This document shows positions 26,278 to 36,445 of a stretch of DNA of 48,193 nucleotides, piece after piece (position 1 is the stretch's first letter; every line of letters begins with the position of its first letter). The position numbers and the translations under genes are program-made. The DNA lies in NCBI GenBank assembly GCA_049317645.1, contig JBMOHV010000003.1:1-48193 (forward strand). The letters run 5' to 3'. The notes beneath the pieces are model-generated. The model was given only the letters and a program-made list of their open reading frames with translations, was not told the DNA's origin and did not search any database. This DNA comes from Bacteroidia bacterium (GTDB taxonomy: Bacteria > Bacteroidota > Bacteroidia > UBA7662).

Positions 26278-27630
26278 TTAACGCGCCGGGATTTCGTATT
26301 TCTCGCTGAATTTGCGATAGAGCGCCTTTTGTTTGTCATCCAAGTTGACCCTGCGGCCATCGACGAAGGCATGGGTTGGGTTGTTTCCTCTCATATCCAG
26401 TGCATCCCCAGTGGACAAGAAAAGCGTCGCACTTTTGCCCAATTCGAGGCTGCCATACCGGCGGTCGATGCCCAAAATGCGGGCGGCGTCCAGGGTCAGG
26501 GCCTGGAGGGCCCGCAGGGTATCCAACCCAAAACCAACGGCGTGACCGGCTTGGTACGGTAAATTCCGCTGATTCCAGGCCCCATCCATGCTAAACCCAA
26601 AGCGAACGCCTGCGCGCGCTAAACGGGCCGGAGCATCGTAGGCCGAATACACGGGATCCCCGTCACGGTTTGGGAGCCGGTGTACTTTGGGCAGAATCAA
26701 ATCGATTTTTTGGGCGGCCAGCCAATCTTGGATTTGGTCGGCTTCTTCGGCCCCAACCAATACAGGTTTGAGGTCCCAGCGCGCAAAAAATTCAACGGCG
26801 GCCACCATCCCTTTGGCATCCCCAACCCGCACAAAGACCTTGGTTTGGCCGTTCCATAAACCGCTGGCTGAGGCCAGTTTGAGGTTGATAGGTCGCTGAT
26901 TCCCGGAGGGGTCGTTGTTTGGGTTTTGGAGGTGGTAATCGCGGGCCTCGTTGAGGTATTGTTCCAGCGATCCCAGGGTGAGGCTGCGGGCTTTGTTTTG
27001 TTCCTCGGCACTGGGGGCTCGGGGTCCGGTGCTATTGCTCATGGAGGGCCACTGGAAATACATTCCATCGGCTGCTTTGACGCAGGCATCCTCCCAATTC
27101 CAGGCATCCAATTGCACAACCGCAGATCGTCCCGAGATCAGACCGCCTTCCGGGGCGATTTGGGCCAGCAGGACCCCGTGGTTACGAACGGTTGGGACGA
27201 TTCTAGAATCGGAATTGTAAGCAATTAAGGCATGAACATGGGGGTTCAGGGTGCCGGATTCGGTATGATCCCTCGTGGCGCGGACCGATTCGATTTCGTA
27301 CAAGCCCAGCAGGGTGTGGAGGGCGATAAATCCAGGATAAACATGCTGACCTCGGGCATCGATGATTTCGGAATTCACCGCGTCCAATCGGATTTCAGCG
27401 CCACGGCCCACATAGACGATCTCCCCCTTGTCGAAGCCGATGACTCCGGGATAGGGAGGGTTGACCGCATCGTGGATGATGGCTCCGGTAATCCAAATGG
27501 GTTTGGTTTGGGGTTTGCCTGGGCTGGGATTGGATTGGGCCAAGACCGACAAGGTCAGCAGCGAAAACAATCCAAGAATAGCGGAGGCCTGCAAGAGGAG
27601 AATTCTACGGGGGCTGAATAGGTTTTTCAT
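26278..27630 (-). CDS. Exported amidohydrolase-superfamily protein with degenerate metal site
   Basis: Signal peptide, IDARGQHVYPGFI, ALTLDAARILGID.RYGSLELGKSATL. Confidence 0.82.
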   Translation of the reverse strand: MKNLFSPRRILLLQASAILGLFSLLTLSVLAQSNPSPGKPQTKPIWITGAIIHDAVNPPYPGVIGFDKGEIVYVGRGAEIRLDAVNSEIIDARGQHVYPGFIALHTLLGLYEIESVRATRDHTESGTLNPHVHALIAYNSDSRIVPTVRNHGVLLAQIAPEGGLISGRSAVVQLDAWNWEDACVKAADGMYFQWPSMSNSTGPRAPSAEEQNKARSLTLGSLEQYLNEARDYHLQNPNNDPSGNQRPINLKLASASGLWNGQTKVFVRVGDAKGMVAAVEFFARWDLKPVLVGAEEADQIQDWLAAQKIDLILPKVHRLPNRDGDPVYSAYDAPARLARAGVRFGFSMDGAWNQRNLPYQAGHAVGFGLDTLRALQALTLDAARILGIDRRYGSLELGKSATLFLSTGDALDMRGNNPTHAFVDGRRVNLDDKQKALYRKFSEKYEIPAR

Positions 27631-27653
27631 GGCTAAAATTTCTTTAGGCGGGA

Positions 27654-29639
27654 TTATGAGGGGCTGTTGAGCCATGCAGCAATCCGGTCCTGTACCTGTT
27701 GTGGCTCCAGGCCAAAATGACGAGCCAAGTCAGGACCAGGGGCTGAATAGCCAAAGGTATCTACGCCGATTGTCAAGCCATCAAGCCCCGTGAATCGGGA
27801 CCAACCCAAGGTAACGCCGGCTTCCAGCGAAACACGCCGGGCATGGGAAGGTCCCAGGACTTCGGCCTTGTAAGCGGCGGGTTGTTCATCCAAAAGCTCC
27901 CAACAAGGCAGCGAATAAACCCGCATTTCGCGTTGGTGCAGTGATTCTTCGTTCTCGGCAAGGCCTTGGCAGGCTTTGATCAACGTGGCGACCTCGGACC
28001 CGGTGGCGTACCCATAGAGCGGGGCCAAGGTTGAATCCGAGCCTTCTTGCTTCCAAGCCAGGTACGCACCTTGGGCCACCTTGGCATCCAGGGCCTGGGG
28101 GGCATCTTCGGTGCAGGACAGGGTGGGCACGTTCTGACGCGTCAAAGCGAGTACCGCCGGTTGATGACCTTGGGCCGCCCACAAACGCAGGCAGGCCTGG
28201 GTTTCACGGGCATCGGCCGGCCGCATGACCCATAGGTCCGGGATGGCCCGAAGGCTCATGATATGTTCAACAGATTGGTGCGTTGGGCCGTCCTCCCCCA
28301 GGAAGATGGAATCGTGGGTAAAAACATGCAGAACCGACACCTTTTGGATGGCACTCATCCGGATGGCATTGCGCATGTAATCCGAGAAGGTCAAAAAAGT
28401 GGCGCCAAACGGTTTGAAATCCGGGGCGTAGAGGGCCATCCCATTGAGAATAGCCGCCATGGGGAATTCGCGTACCCCAAAAGCGAGGTTGCGCCCGCTG
28501 CGGTGATTGCGGGTGAACTCTCCAACCGCGGCCGCAAAGGCCCCTGTATTGTTCGATGGCTCGAGGTCGGCACTTCCGCCCGTTAGCCCCAACATCTTCG
28601 GGGCCATTTGGGCCAAGGCCTGTCCAAAAGCAACGCGGGTTGCCAGGCTTTGACCGGTTTCGTAGGTGGGCCAAGCGATTTCGGGGGCCTGTTGGAGGGC
28701 CGTTGGGGGGGTGTATCCGGCCGCAAGGGCGTTAAGTTCCTTGAGTCTTCGGTTGAAATGTTCGTAAACCGAGGGTTGGACCGCAAAGGAGGCCTCGGGA
28801 TCCAGGCCCAGTCGGCTCTTGGTAGCGGCAATTTCCGCGGCGGGGAGGGGCTCACCGTGGGTTTTGGCCAGGCCCTCCATGGTGGCGGCGCCTTGGGCCA
28901 TGGTGCTTTGTCCGATGATGAACAAAGGGCGACTGCGCTCAGCCTGGGTGGCCCGCTCCATCGCCTGCCTCAATTCATGGTGGTCGTGCCCATTGATTTC
29001 GAGGACCTCCCATTGCATGGATTCAAAGTGAGCCTTGAAGTCCAAGGAACTGACCCGATCAACGGGTCCCGAAATTTGAATATCGTTTTTGTCGTAATAA
29101 AGAACCAAATTCCCCAGCCCCCAATGCCCGGCCAGCTGGCAGGCCCCCAATGCCACATCTTCCTGCAAATCACCATCCCCCGCCAGAACCCAAATTCGAG
29201 GCAATCGGTCCAAGGGGCGCAGGGCTTGTTCCTGCAGGGCAGCAACGGCCATACCGACACCCATGGCGACCCCTTGGCCCAAGGGTCCGGTGGTGGCTTC
29301 AACACCCGCCGTCAAATGACTTTCGGGATGACCCGGGGTTAGGCTGCCCAATTGACGAAAACGCCGGATTTCGTCCATACTCAGCATGCCTGACAAATGC
29401 AGGAGGCTGTAGAGCAGCATGGATTCATGGCCTGCCGATAACACAAAGCGGTCCCTCAGGGGCCATTGGGGGAAGTCCGGAGCAAAGTGCAAGGTCTCCA
29501 TCCACAACAAGGCCGCAAAATCGCAGGACGAAAAAGCCCCGCCTGGATGCCCTGAATGAGCGGCTGCCGTGGCGTCCATCACCAGGCCTTTGATGTTGGC
29601 AATGACCGCAAGGTCCTTGGGGTTCGCAATTGTACTCAC
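27654..29639 (-). CDS. tkt: Transketolase
   Basis: SGHPGG, DRFVLSAGH, TPGHPE, TTGPLGQG, GDGDLQE, THDSIFLGEDGPTHQ. GTG start about 29639. Confidence 0.95.
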   Translation of the reverse strand: MSTIANPKDLAVIANIKGLVMDATAAAHSGHPGGAFSSCDFAALLWMETLHFAPDFPQWPLRDRFVLSAGHESMLLYSLLHLSGMLSMDEIRRFRQLGSLTPGHPESHLTAGVEATTGPLGQGVAMGVGMAVAALQEQALRPLDRLPRIWVLAGDGDLQEDVALGACQLAGHWGLGNLVLYYDKNDIQISGPVDRVSSLDFKAHFESMQWEVLEINGHDHHELRQAMERATQAERSRPLFIIGQSTMAQGAATMEGLAKTHGEPLPAAEIAATKSRLGLDPEASFAVQPSVYEHFNRRLKELNALAAGYTPPTALQQAPEIAWPTYETGQSLATRVAFGQALAQMAPKMLGLTGGSADLEPSNNTGAFAAAVGEFTRNHRSGRNLAFGVREFPMAAILNGMALYAPDFKPFGATFLTFSDYMRNAIRMSAIQKVSVLHVFTHDSIFLGEDGPTHQSVEHIMSLRAIPDLWVMRPADARETQACLRLWAAQGHQPAVLALTRQNVPTLSCTEDAPQALDAKVAQGAYLAWKQEGSDSTLAPLYGYATGSEVATLIKACQGLAENEESLHQREMRVYSLPCWELLDEQPAAYKAEVLGPSHARRVSLEAGVTLGWSRFTGLDGLTIGVDTFGYSAPGPDLARHFGLEPQQVQDRIAAWLNSPS

Positions 29640-29700
29640 AGGGAATTTTTTGGTGGTTTTAAAGGTCCAAAGATGCAAGATAAAAGAACATGGTAGGTCC

Positions 29701-30771
29701 TCAGGTTTTTAGCCCGGCCAGTCTTTCGGTGTTCTCGGCCAATTTGAGCGCATTAATCATGTCGTTCAAATCGCCGTCCATGAATTGATCCAGGGAATAG
29801 ACAGTCATTCCGATTCGGTGATCCGTCACCCGACTCTGCGGGAAATTATAGGTCCGGATCTTGGCCGAACGGTCGCCGGTGGAGACCATGGATTTGCGTT
29901 TGCCCGCTTCTTCGGCATCCGCTTTTTGTTTTTGAAGTTCATAAAGGCGGGTTCGCAGCATCTCCATTGCTCGGGCCCTGTTTCCCAATTGCGATCGCTC
30001 CACTTGACACGTGACCACAATGCCCGTGGGTTTGTGGGTTAACATGACTTTGGTTTCGACTTTGTTCACATTTTGACCACCGGCCCCCCCCGATCGGGCG
30101 GTTTGAAGTTCAATATCCGCCGGGTTCAAAACCACATCAATTTCTTCGGCTTCGGGCATCACGGCCACTGTGGCCGCGGAGGTGTGCACCCGGCCCTGGG
30201 TTTCGGTGGCGGGGACCCGCTGAACCCGGTGAACACCGGATTCGAACTTGAGTGTTCCAAAGACCTCGTCACCGCTGACCCGGAAAATAATTTCTTTGTA
30301 TCCGCCAAGCGTACTCTCGCTGGCATCCTGCAGTTCCACCTTCCAACCTTGTTTTTCGCAATATCGTTGATACATACGGGCCAGATCCCCCGCAAAAAGC
30401 CCGGCCTCGTCGCCTCCGGTTCCCGCTCTGATTTCAAGAAGGACATCTTTGTCATCTTCGGGATCCCGGGGGATGAGCAGCCAGGTGAGTTCTTCTTCCA
30501 AACCCGGTAAATCGGCCTGGGCCTGGTCGAGTTCTTGGCGCCCCAATTCAGCCCATTCGGGATCGGTGTTTTCAGTCAAAAAGATTTTGCCGTCTTCGAC
30601 TCTTTGAATGGTTTTCCGATAACGATCGGCCACATCCAGGATTTTCTGAAGTTTGCTGTATTCTTTGTTAAGACTTGCCATTCTGGACGAGTCCCCAAAA
30701 ACAGCCGGGTCCTGCAGCGTGCGTTCCAGGTCGTTGAATCGGGCCTGAAGGGGAGCAATCCGGTCAAGCAT
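29701..30771 (-). CDS. prfA: Peptide chain release factor 1
   Basis: [19 protein letters not shown] (PxT), [23 protein letters not shown] at 30771. Confidence 0.97.
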   Translation of the reverse strand: MLDRIAPLQARFNDLERTLQDPAVFGDSSRMASLNKEYSKLQKILDVADRYRKTIQRVEDGKIFLTENTDPEWAELGRQELDQAQADLPGLEEELTWLLIPRDPEDDKDVLLEIRAGTGGDEAGLFAGDLARMYQRYCEKQGWKVELQDASESTLGGYKEIIFRVSGDEVFGTLKFESGVHRVQRVPATETQGRVHTSAATVAVMPEAEEIDVVLNPADIELQTARSGGAGGQNVNKVETKVMLTHKPTGIVVTCQVERSQLGNRARAMEMLRTRLYELQKQKADAEEAGKRKSMVSTGDRSAKIRTYNFPQSRVTDHRIGMTVYSLDQFMDGDLNDMINALKLAENTERLAGLKT

Positions 30772-30809
30772 GGGCGGCTTTGGTTGAAGTAGAAAGGAAC
30801 ATGGGGAGG

Positions 30810-31622
30810 TCAAATAGAAAGGCGGCCATAGCCCGAGCTTTGATGATCCGGGTAGGTTTTTAGATCCAGGATGCCGGCATGAAAACGGGCGTAGGTGGGT
30901 TGGTGCATCCATTCACCCAGGTTCACATAGGTCCCTCCACCCGGTAGGGGACAAAAAATCGGTAAATGACGATGCCCAAAGACCAAGTAATCCAAGGGGG
31001 CAAGCCCTGCTTGTTGACGCTCCTTTTGTTTGCGCAGACTGTATTGGTACAGCCATTCTTGGGTGGGGTCAAAAACAGGGGACTGAACGTCTGTTCCGTA
31101 GGATTCGGTGATTTGGGATGCTCGACTTTGGCGGGACCATCCTTGGGCAAGGGCAAAAGAAAAATCCGGATGCAGGAGCCCAAAAAGGCGTTGGTTAAGG
31201 CGGGAGCCAAAAACACGTTTGAGGCGCTTGTATCCACGATCGCCGGGTCCCTTGCCATCACCGTGGGCCAGCAACAAATGCTTTCCCTCCCATTCGGTCA
31301 CCAGGGTATCCCGGTGCAGGATCACCCCCAACTCTTGTTCCAAGTAACCAAAGGTCCATGCGTCGTGGTTGCCCGTGAAATAATGGACCGGAATGCCCGC
31401 ATCGGTCAAAGAGGCAAGGCAACCCTGCAAACGAACAAAATGTTTGGGAACAGCGTGCCGCAATTCAAACCAAAAATCAAAAACATCCCCTAACAAATAA
31501 TACGCCGAGGCATCCGCCGAGGTTTCCTCAAAAAAACGTAACAACAATTGTTCCCGGGGACGGGATGCCGCCACCGAGGGGCTGCCCAGATGAAAATCAC
31601 TCAGGAGATAAATGGACTTCAT
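30810..31622 (-). CDS. lpxH: UDP-2,3-diacylglucosamine diphosphatase (Bacteroidota LpxH type)
   Basis: [34 protein letters not shown], and the usual position after ftsH and the LUD gene. Confidence 0.78.
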   Translation of the reverse strand: MKSIYLLSDFHLGSPSVAASRPREQLLLRFFEETSADASAYYLLGDVFDFWFELRHAVPKHFVRLQGCLASLTDAGIPVHYFTGNHDAWTFGYLEQELGVILHRDTLVTEWEGKHLLLAHGDGKGPGDRGYKRLKRVFGSRLNQRLFGLLHPDFSFALAQGWSRQSRASQITESYGTDVQSPVFDPTQEWLYQYSLRKQKERQQAGLAPLDYLVFGHRHLPIFCPLPGGGTYVNLGEWMHQPTYARFHAGILDLKTYPDHQSSGYGRLSI

Positions 31623-31630
31623 AGGCCGCC

Positions 31631-32293
31631 TCAACTGTTATCGTGGGCTTCATCCTCCAACAAAAAGACCCACAATTCTCGGGGCCCATGCGCCCCCAAT
31701 ACCAATGTTTTCTCGATATCAGCGGTCCGACTGGGTCCGGTAATGGTCGAAACCATGGAAGGGTAGTTTTGATCTGGATAACGCTGACGCAGAAGGCCAA
31801 AGGCGTCCTTGAGGCGGGGTACCAATTGACTGCTGCGGGCCACCACCCAATGAATGGGCGGGTACACCGTGAGAGTACGCCCGAAGGCTTGGGCCGAACT
31901 TACCATGACCGATCCGCTCCATGCAATCAAGGCTTCACAGCCGGTTACACCCACCCCCGCCTCTTCCATTCGGTCGGTATCAACGCGGTAGGCAAGACCG
32001 GATTTTCGTAACAAATCCTGAATCTCGGGTTCCAAACAAAAGAGGTTGCGATTATCCGCCCCTTCGAGGGCCTTGGCCAGATAGGTCGCCAATTCAGCTT
32101 GGGTCTCAGCGTAGACAAATTGGCCTTTGAGTTGCAACAATCGCTTGGCAAAGGCCAAAGCCAAGTCTTCCTCCATGGGTTCAAAAGGATCTTCGGCCGC
32201 CTGTTCCGGACGAACCCGCAGGGGCGGGTCGGAAGGGTGAATCAGGGCTTTGCGCAGGCGCTGGATAACGGTCTCGCGCGATGAGAGCGCCAT
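31631..32293 (-). CDS. LUD (LutC/YkgG) domain protein
   Basis: GVTGCEALIA..GSV, ITGPSRTADIEKTLVLGAHGPREL. Confidence 0.88.
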   Translation of the reverse strand: MALSSRETVIQRLRKALIHPSDPPLRVRPEQAAEDPFEPMEEDLALAFAKRLLQLKGQFVYAETQAELATYLAKALEGADNRNLFCLEPEIQDLLRKSGLAYRVDTDRMEEAGVGVTGCEALIAWSGSVMVSSAQAFGRTLTVYPPIHWVVARSSQLVPRLKDAFGLLRQRYPDQNYPSMVSTITGPSRTADIEKTLVLGAHGPRELWVFLLEDEAHDNS

Positions 32294-32299
32294 TCCGCT

Positions 32300-34375
32300 T
32301 TAGGGTTGGTCGTTAACAGTGGATGGACTCGTCGCATCGGCCGTTGGCTCAGCCATTGGCTCAACCGCTGGCTCAGCCATTGGCTCGGCCGTTGGCTCGG
32401 CCGCTGGCTCGACCATTGGCTCGGGTACGATCAAGGGATCATTCTCAAAGGGGCGCGGGCCCGCCAGGCGCTCCAAATCCACCTGGAAAATAACCTCCTT
32501 GGCCAACAATTCCTGGGCGATGGCTTCGAGAATAGCTCGTTTGGATCTGACCAGGGCCAGGGTTTGCTGATAGGCTTTGTCGATAATGGCCCGGACTTCT
32601 TGGTCAATCAGCAACGCTGTTTCCTCTGAATAGGGCTTGCGGAACTGGTATTCGCCTTGGGTATCGTTGAAGCTAATCGGCCCCACGGCTTTGCTCATTC
32701 CGTAAAGGGTGACCATGCCGTAGGCAACACGGGTGATACGCTCCAAGTCGTTCTGGGCGCCGGTGCTAATTCGCCCAAAGACCACCTCTTCGGCCGCTCG
32801 ACCACCCAGGGTCATGCACATGGTATCCAAAAGTTGTTCGGTGGTGTAGAGGTATTGCTCCTTGGGCAGGTATTGGGCATAACCTAAAGCGGCTACGCCT
32901 CGGGGGACGATGCTCACCTTGACCAATGGATCGGTGCTGTCCAGGAACCATCCCACAACGGCATGGCCTGCCTCGTGGTAGGCCACGATTTTCTTCTCTT
33001 CGGGGGAGATGATTTTGTTTTTCTTTTCCAGGCCACCTATCACCCGATCGATGGCTGCATTGAAGTCAATCATTTCGACTTCCTTCTTGTCGGTCCGTGC
33101 TGCGATCAAGGCGGCTTCGTTGCATACATTGGCGATTTCGGCTCCCGCAAATCCAGGGGTCTGTTCGGCCAGTTTGTGGGCATCCACTTCGGCGGCCAGT
33201 TTGAGGGCTTTGAGGTGGACTTTGAAGATTTGTTCTCTCCCAATAAGGTCCGGTCGGTCAATGCTGATTTGACGGTCGAATCGTCCCGGTCTTAGAAGGG
33301 CGGGGTCCAATACGTCCGGACGGTTGGTGGCGGCCATCATGATGATGCCCAGGTCCGTTGAGAAACCATCCATTTCAACCAGGAGTTGGTTCAAGGTGCT
33401 TTCGCGTTCGTCATTCCCCCCCATGATTTGGTTCTTGCCCCTGGATCGCCCAACCGCATCAATTTCATCAATGAAAATGATACAAGGGGCTTTTTCGCGG
33501 GCTTGTTTGAACAAATCCCGGACCCGACTGGCGCCGACGCCGACAAACATCTCCACAAAATCCGATCCGCTTAGCGTGAAGAAAGGAACCTGGGCTTCGC
33601 CGGCTACCGCCTTGGCCAGCAGGGTTTTGCCTGTTCCCGGAGGTCCCACCAACAAGACTCCTTTGGGGATTTTTCCGCCCAGTGCGGTGTACTTTTTGGG
33701 GTTCTTGAGAAAATCAACCACTTCCATCACTTCCACCTTGGCCTCTTCAAGGCCAGCGACATCGTTAAAAGTGATGTTGACCTTGGTGTTCTTGTCGAAC
33801 AGGGTCGCTTTGGATTTGCCAATGTTAAAAATCTGACCGCCTGGACCGCCGCCCGATGCCACACGCCGAAACAACAAGAACCACAGACCAACCAAAAGAA
33901 GTGTTGGTAACAAAAAACCCAAGGCGTCGCTAAACCACGAATGCCGAGATTCCCACTGGACAGCAATCTCTTCCTTTTTGTCTTTGATGGCCCAGTCTTT
34001 GAGGCGATTTTCCAAACTTTCGGGGGAGCTTTCGGTAAAGTAATAGGGATTGTTGCGGGGACCGCCAAAACTTTTGTTACGAAATTCCCTAAACTTCTCG
34101 GATTCCATGGTTCTCTCCGTAAGATGAACCTCCATAACATAGAGGTCATCCTGCTTGTAGCCCACGAGTTTTTCGACTTCGCCTTTGGAGGCCAAGGCTG
34201 TAAACTCTTTCCAGGTAATGATTTTGGCCGCGGTTCCTGGGTTCAAAAACTGCAAGCCAAGTAAAACCAGAGCAATAACAATGTACAGCCAATAGAGGTT
34301 GAAAGATTTTTTGGGCGCATTGGGCCCGGGTTTGGGACCGGTTGGACTGATTTTGGGTTTGCGAGTCTTGGACAT
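32300..34375 (-). CDS. ftsH: ATP-dependent zinc metalloprotease FtsH
   Basis: Two TM helices, [31 protein letters not shown]. Confidence 0.97.
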   Translation of the reverse strand: MSKTRKPKISPTGPKPGPNAPKKSFNLYWLYIVIALVLLGLQFLNPGTAAKIITWKEFTALASKGEVEKLVGYKQDDLYVMEVHLTERTMESEKFREFRNKSFGGPRNNPYYFTESSPESLENRLKDWAIKDKKEEIAVQWESRHSWFSDALGFLLPTLLLVGLWFLLFRRVASGGGPGGQIFNIGKSKATLFDKNTKVNITFNDVAGLEEAKVEVMEVVDFLKNPKKYTALGGKIPKGVLLVGPPGTGKTLLAKAVAGEAQVPFFTLSGSDFVEMFVGVGASRVRDLFKQAREKAPCIIFIDEIDAVGRSRGKNQIMGGNDERESTLNQLLVEMDGFSTDLGIIMMAATNRPDVLDPALLRPGRFDRQISIDRPDLIGREQIFKVHLKALKLAAEVDAHKLAEQTPGFAGAEIANVCNEAALIAARTDKKEVEMIDFNAAIDRVIGGLEKKNKIISPEEKKIVAYHEAGHAVVGWFLDSTDPLVKVSIVPRGVAALGYAQYLPKEQYLYTTEQLLDTMCMTLGGRAAEEVVFGRISTGAQNDLERITRVAYGMVTLYGMSKAVGPISFNDTQGEYQFRKPYSEETALLIDQEVRAIIDKAYQQTLALVRSKRAILEAIAQELLAKEVIFQVDLERLAGPRPFENDPLIVPEPMVEPAAEPTAEPMAEPAVEPMAEPTADATSPSTVNDQP
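32339..32422 (-). repeat. In-frame 12-bp tandem repeat x7 encoding (EPxx)7 in the FtsH tail
   Basis: Plus-strand units RRCCRYTGGCTC, translated [28 protein letters not shown]. Confidence 0.92.
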
Positions 34376-34376
34376 G

Positions 34377-34769
34377 TTATTGAGGATTGGAATCGGCCGG
34401 AAGGGACTGTGGATAGGTCATCCTTGCGTCGTTCCAGAGTTTTTCGAGGTTGTAAAATTCCCGGATTTCGGGTAAGAAAAGATGGACCACCACATCGGCG
34501 TAATCCAAGAGAATCCATCTTGCGTGGTTCTGGCCTTCGCTGCCCCAGACCCTCAGGCCGGTTTGGGCTTTGACGGTTTCCTGCACCGATTCAGCCATTG
34601 CTCGTAGCTGGGTGCCTGATTCGGCCTGGGCAATGACAAAGTAATCGGCCATGCGATCGCGCAGATGACGAAGGTCCATGATGCAGATTTTTTGTCCTTT
34701 TTTGTCTTCGAGGCCCTCAACCACGGCGTGGACAAGGGGATGGTCCGACGAGGGATCGGGTGTAGTCAT
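34377..34769 (-). CDS. rsfS: Ribosome silencing factor
   Basis: EDKKG, DYFVIA, WILLDYADVVVHLF, REFYNLEKLW. Confidence 0.94.
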   Translation of the reverse strand: MTTPDPSSDHPLVHAVVEGLEDKKGQKICIMDLRHLRDRMADYFVIAQAESGTQLRAMAESVQETVKAQTGLRVWGSEGQNHARWILLDYADVVVHLFLPEIREFYNLEKLWNDARMTYPQSLPADSNPQ

Positions 34770-34801
34770 AAAGAAACGGGGGGGTGAAAAGAATATTTTT
34801 G

Positions 34802-34809
34802 CAAAAGTA
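34802..34809 (-). promoter_or_regulatory. -7 promoter element for rsfS-ftsH
   Basis: TACTTTTG on the minus strand. Confidence 0.55.
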
Positions 34810-34817
34810 GTTAGGCA

Positions 34818-35681
34818 ATGAACGATTTACCGAGTCCAGCAGGCCCTAATAAGGACCACCCCTTTGAAGTGATTGCTTTCGAGGTGGTGGACAGCACCCA
34901 AGATACGCTACGGGAAAACCTGCGAACGCGTGGAAAAGGCCAAGAAGACACCGCCAAGGTGGTTTGGGCTTTGCATCAGAACAAAGGCCGGGGCCGCATG
35001 GGTCAAACATGGACTTGTGATTCGGGACAGGGACTTTTGGCTTCGGTGCATTTGCGGCCGGCTTTGCCCTTGGATAAAGCCCCCGAATGGGGGTATCGCT
35101 TGGCTTTGGCCGTTGCGCAAGCCGTTGAGGCCTATCGTCCCGGTGTTCAGGTTCTGCTCAAATGGCCCAACGATTGGGTCAACGCCCAGGGGTGCAAATT
35201 GGGGGGTTTGCTCATCGAAAGCCAGGTCCAAGGACCCCGTCTCCAGGAGGCCTTGGTGGGCTTTGGCCTCAACTTATTGCAACAAACCTTCCCAGAGGAG
35301 CTTCCTTGGGCCACTTCCCTCCTTCTGGAACAGGAATCGTGGGCCAAACAAACGAATCGGATACCTCCTGCGGTCCCTGATGCCGCCGATCTGCTCAACG
35401 TCATCCTAAAGGCTTGGTCTTGGGCGTTGGTTCCCGGATTGGAGGGGCTCCCCGAGGACGCTTGGTTGCAAAAATGCAATGAGCGTCTGTGGGGATTCGG
35501 CCGATTCTGTGCCTTTGATGGTCCGGACGGCCGTTGCTTCTTGGAGGTACAGGGATTGGTTTCCGATGGGGGACTCCTGGTTTGGAACCCCAAGCGGGAT
35601 CAATCCTTGATTCTTCGTCACCCCGAATATCGTTTACTTTACAGCCAACAATCGGTTAGCGACGAGAATTTCCCCGTATGA
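34818..35681 (+). CDS. birA: Biotin--protein ligase without HTH
   Basis: VDSTQ, QNKGRGRMG..W, LKWPND, KLGGLLIE, VGFGLNL. Confidence 0.9.
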   Translation: MNDLPSPAGPNKDHPFEVIAFEVVDSTQDTLRENLRTRGKGQEDTAKVVWALHQNKGRGRMGQTWTCDSGQGLLASVHLRPALPLDKAPEWGYRLALAVAQAVEAYRPGVQVLLKWPNDWVNAQGCKLGGLLIESQVQGPRLQEALVGFGLNLLQQTFPEELPWATSLLLEQESWAKQTNRIPPAVPDAADLLNVILKAWSWALVPGLEGLPEDAWLQKCNERLWGFGRFCAFDGPDGRCFLEVQGLVSDGGLLVWNPKRDQSLILRHPEYRLLYSQQSVSDENFPV

Positions 35682-36445
35682 TTTGGACAATTGATGCCGG
35701 TAACACCCTGATTAAGTGGGGTATATGGGATGAAGCCGGGGGGCTTAAGAAGGTGCTGCGTACCCCTCTTAACCGGGTTCATGAAACGCTGCGTGAGGCT
35801 CTCACCCTGGGTCGACCCACCTTGACGGCGGTGGCATCGGTTTCCCTGCCCCGGAATTATTGGGAAGAAGTTTGGCTTTCGGCGGGGTTGCTCCCGCCTT
35901 TTTGGCCCGATGCGTCCTCGTTTTGGCCCTTTGAAACCCAGTACCGGACCCCCGAGACGTTGGGCTTGGACCGCAAAATCCAAATGGTAGGTGCGCTGAC
36001 CCTGCACCCCGACCAGGCTTGGATGGTTCTGGGACTGGGGACCTGCCTGACCGTGGATTGGCTCTTGCCTTCGGAAACAGGGGGATCCGCCAGGCATTTG
36101 GGTGGTTTGATATCGCCCGGACTGCGCATGCGTTACCGGGCTTTGCATCGTGAAACCGCCGCTTTGCCGGACCTTGAACCATCCTATACCCCGACCCCCT
36201 ACCCGGGCAAAAGCACCCTGGAGGCGATTCATGCCGGGGCACAGGGGGGGTGGATTGCTGAAATTCAGGACCATACACGGCGATGGAACGAGGTCCAGCC
36301 CGGGGCAGGGGTCCTGGTCTGCGGTGGTGATGCCAAGCCGGAGGTTTTGGCCCAAATCCGGGCCGATGGCCCCATCTTTGCCGAGCCAAACCTGGCCCTG
36401 CACGGTCTTTATACCTTGCTACTCCATGCAAAACAACAACCCTAA
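35678..36445 (+). CDS. coaX: Type III pantothenate kinase
   Basis: IDAGNT, YRTPETLGLDR, GTCLTVD, GGLISPG, VCGGDA, NLALHGL. ATGA overlap with birA. Confidence 0.88.
   Translation: MIWTIDAGNTLIKWGIWDEAGGLKKVLRTPLNRVHETLREALTLGRPTLTAVASVSLPRNYWEEVWLSAGLLPPFWPDASSFWPFETQYRTPETLGLDRKIQMVGALTLHPDQAWMVLGLGTCLTVDWLLPSETGGSARHLGGLISPGLRMRYRALHRETAALPDLEPSYTPTPYPGKSTLEAIHAGAQGGWIAEIQDHTRRWNEVQPGAGVLVCGGDAKPEVLAQIRADGPIFAEPNLALHGLYTLLLHAKQQP

Noticed and set aside
29701-30771. Programmed frameshift in the release factor
   Set aside because: This is RF1 (PAT motif) with an uninterrupted frame. The frameshift is a prfB feature.
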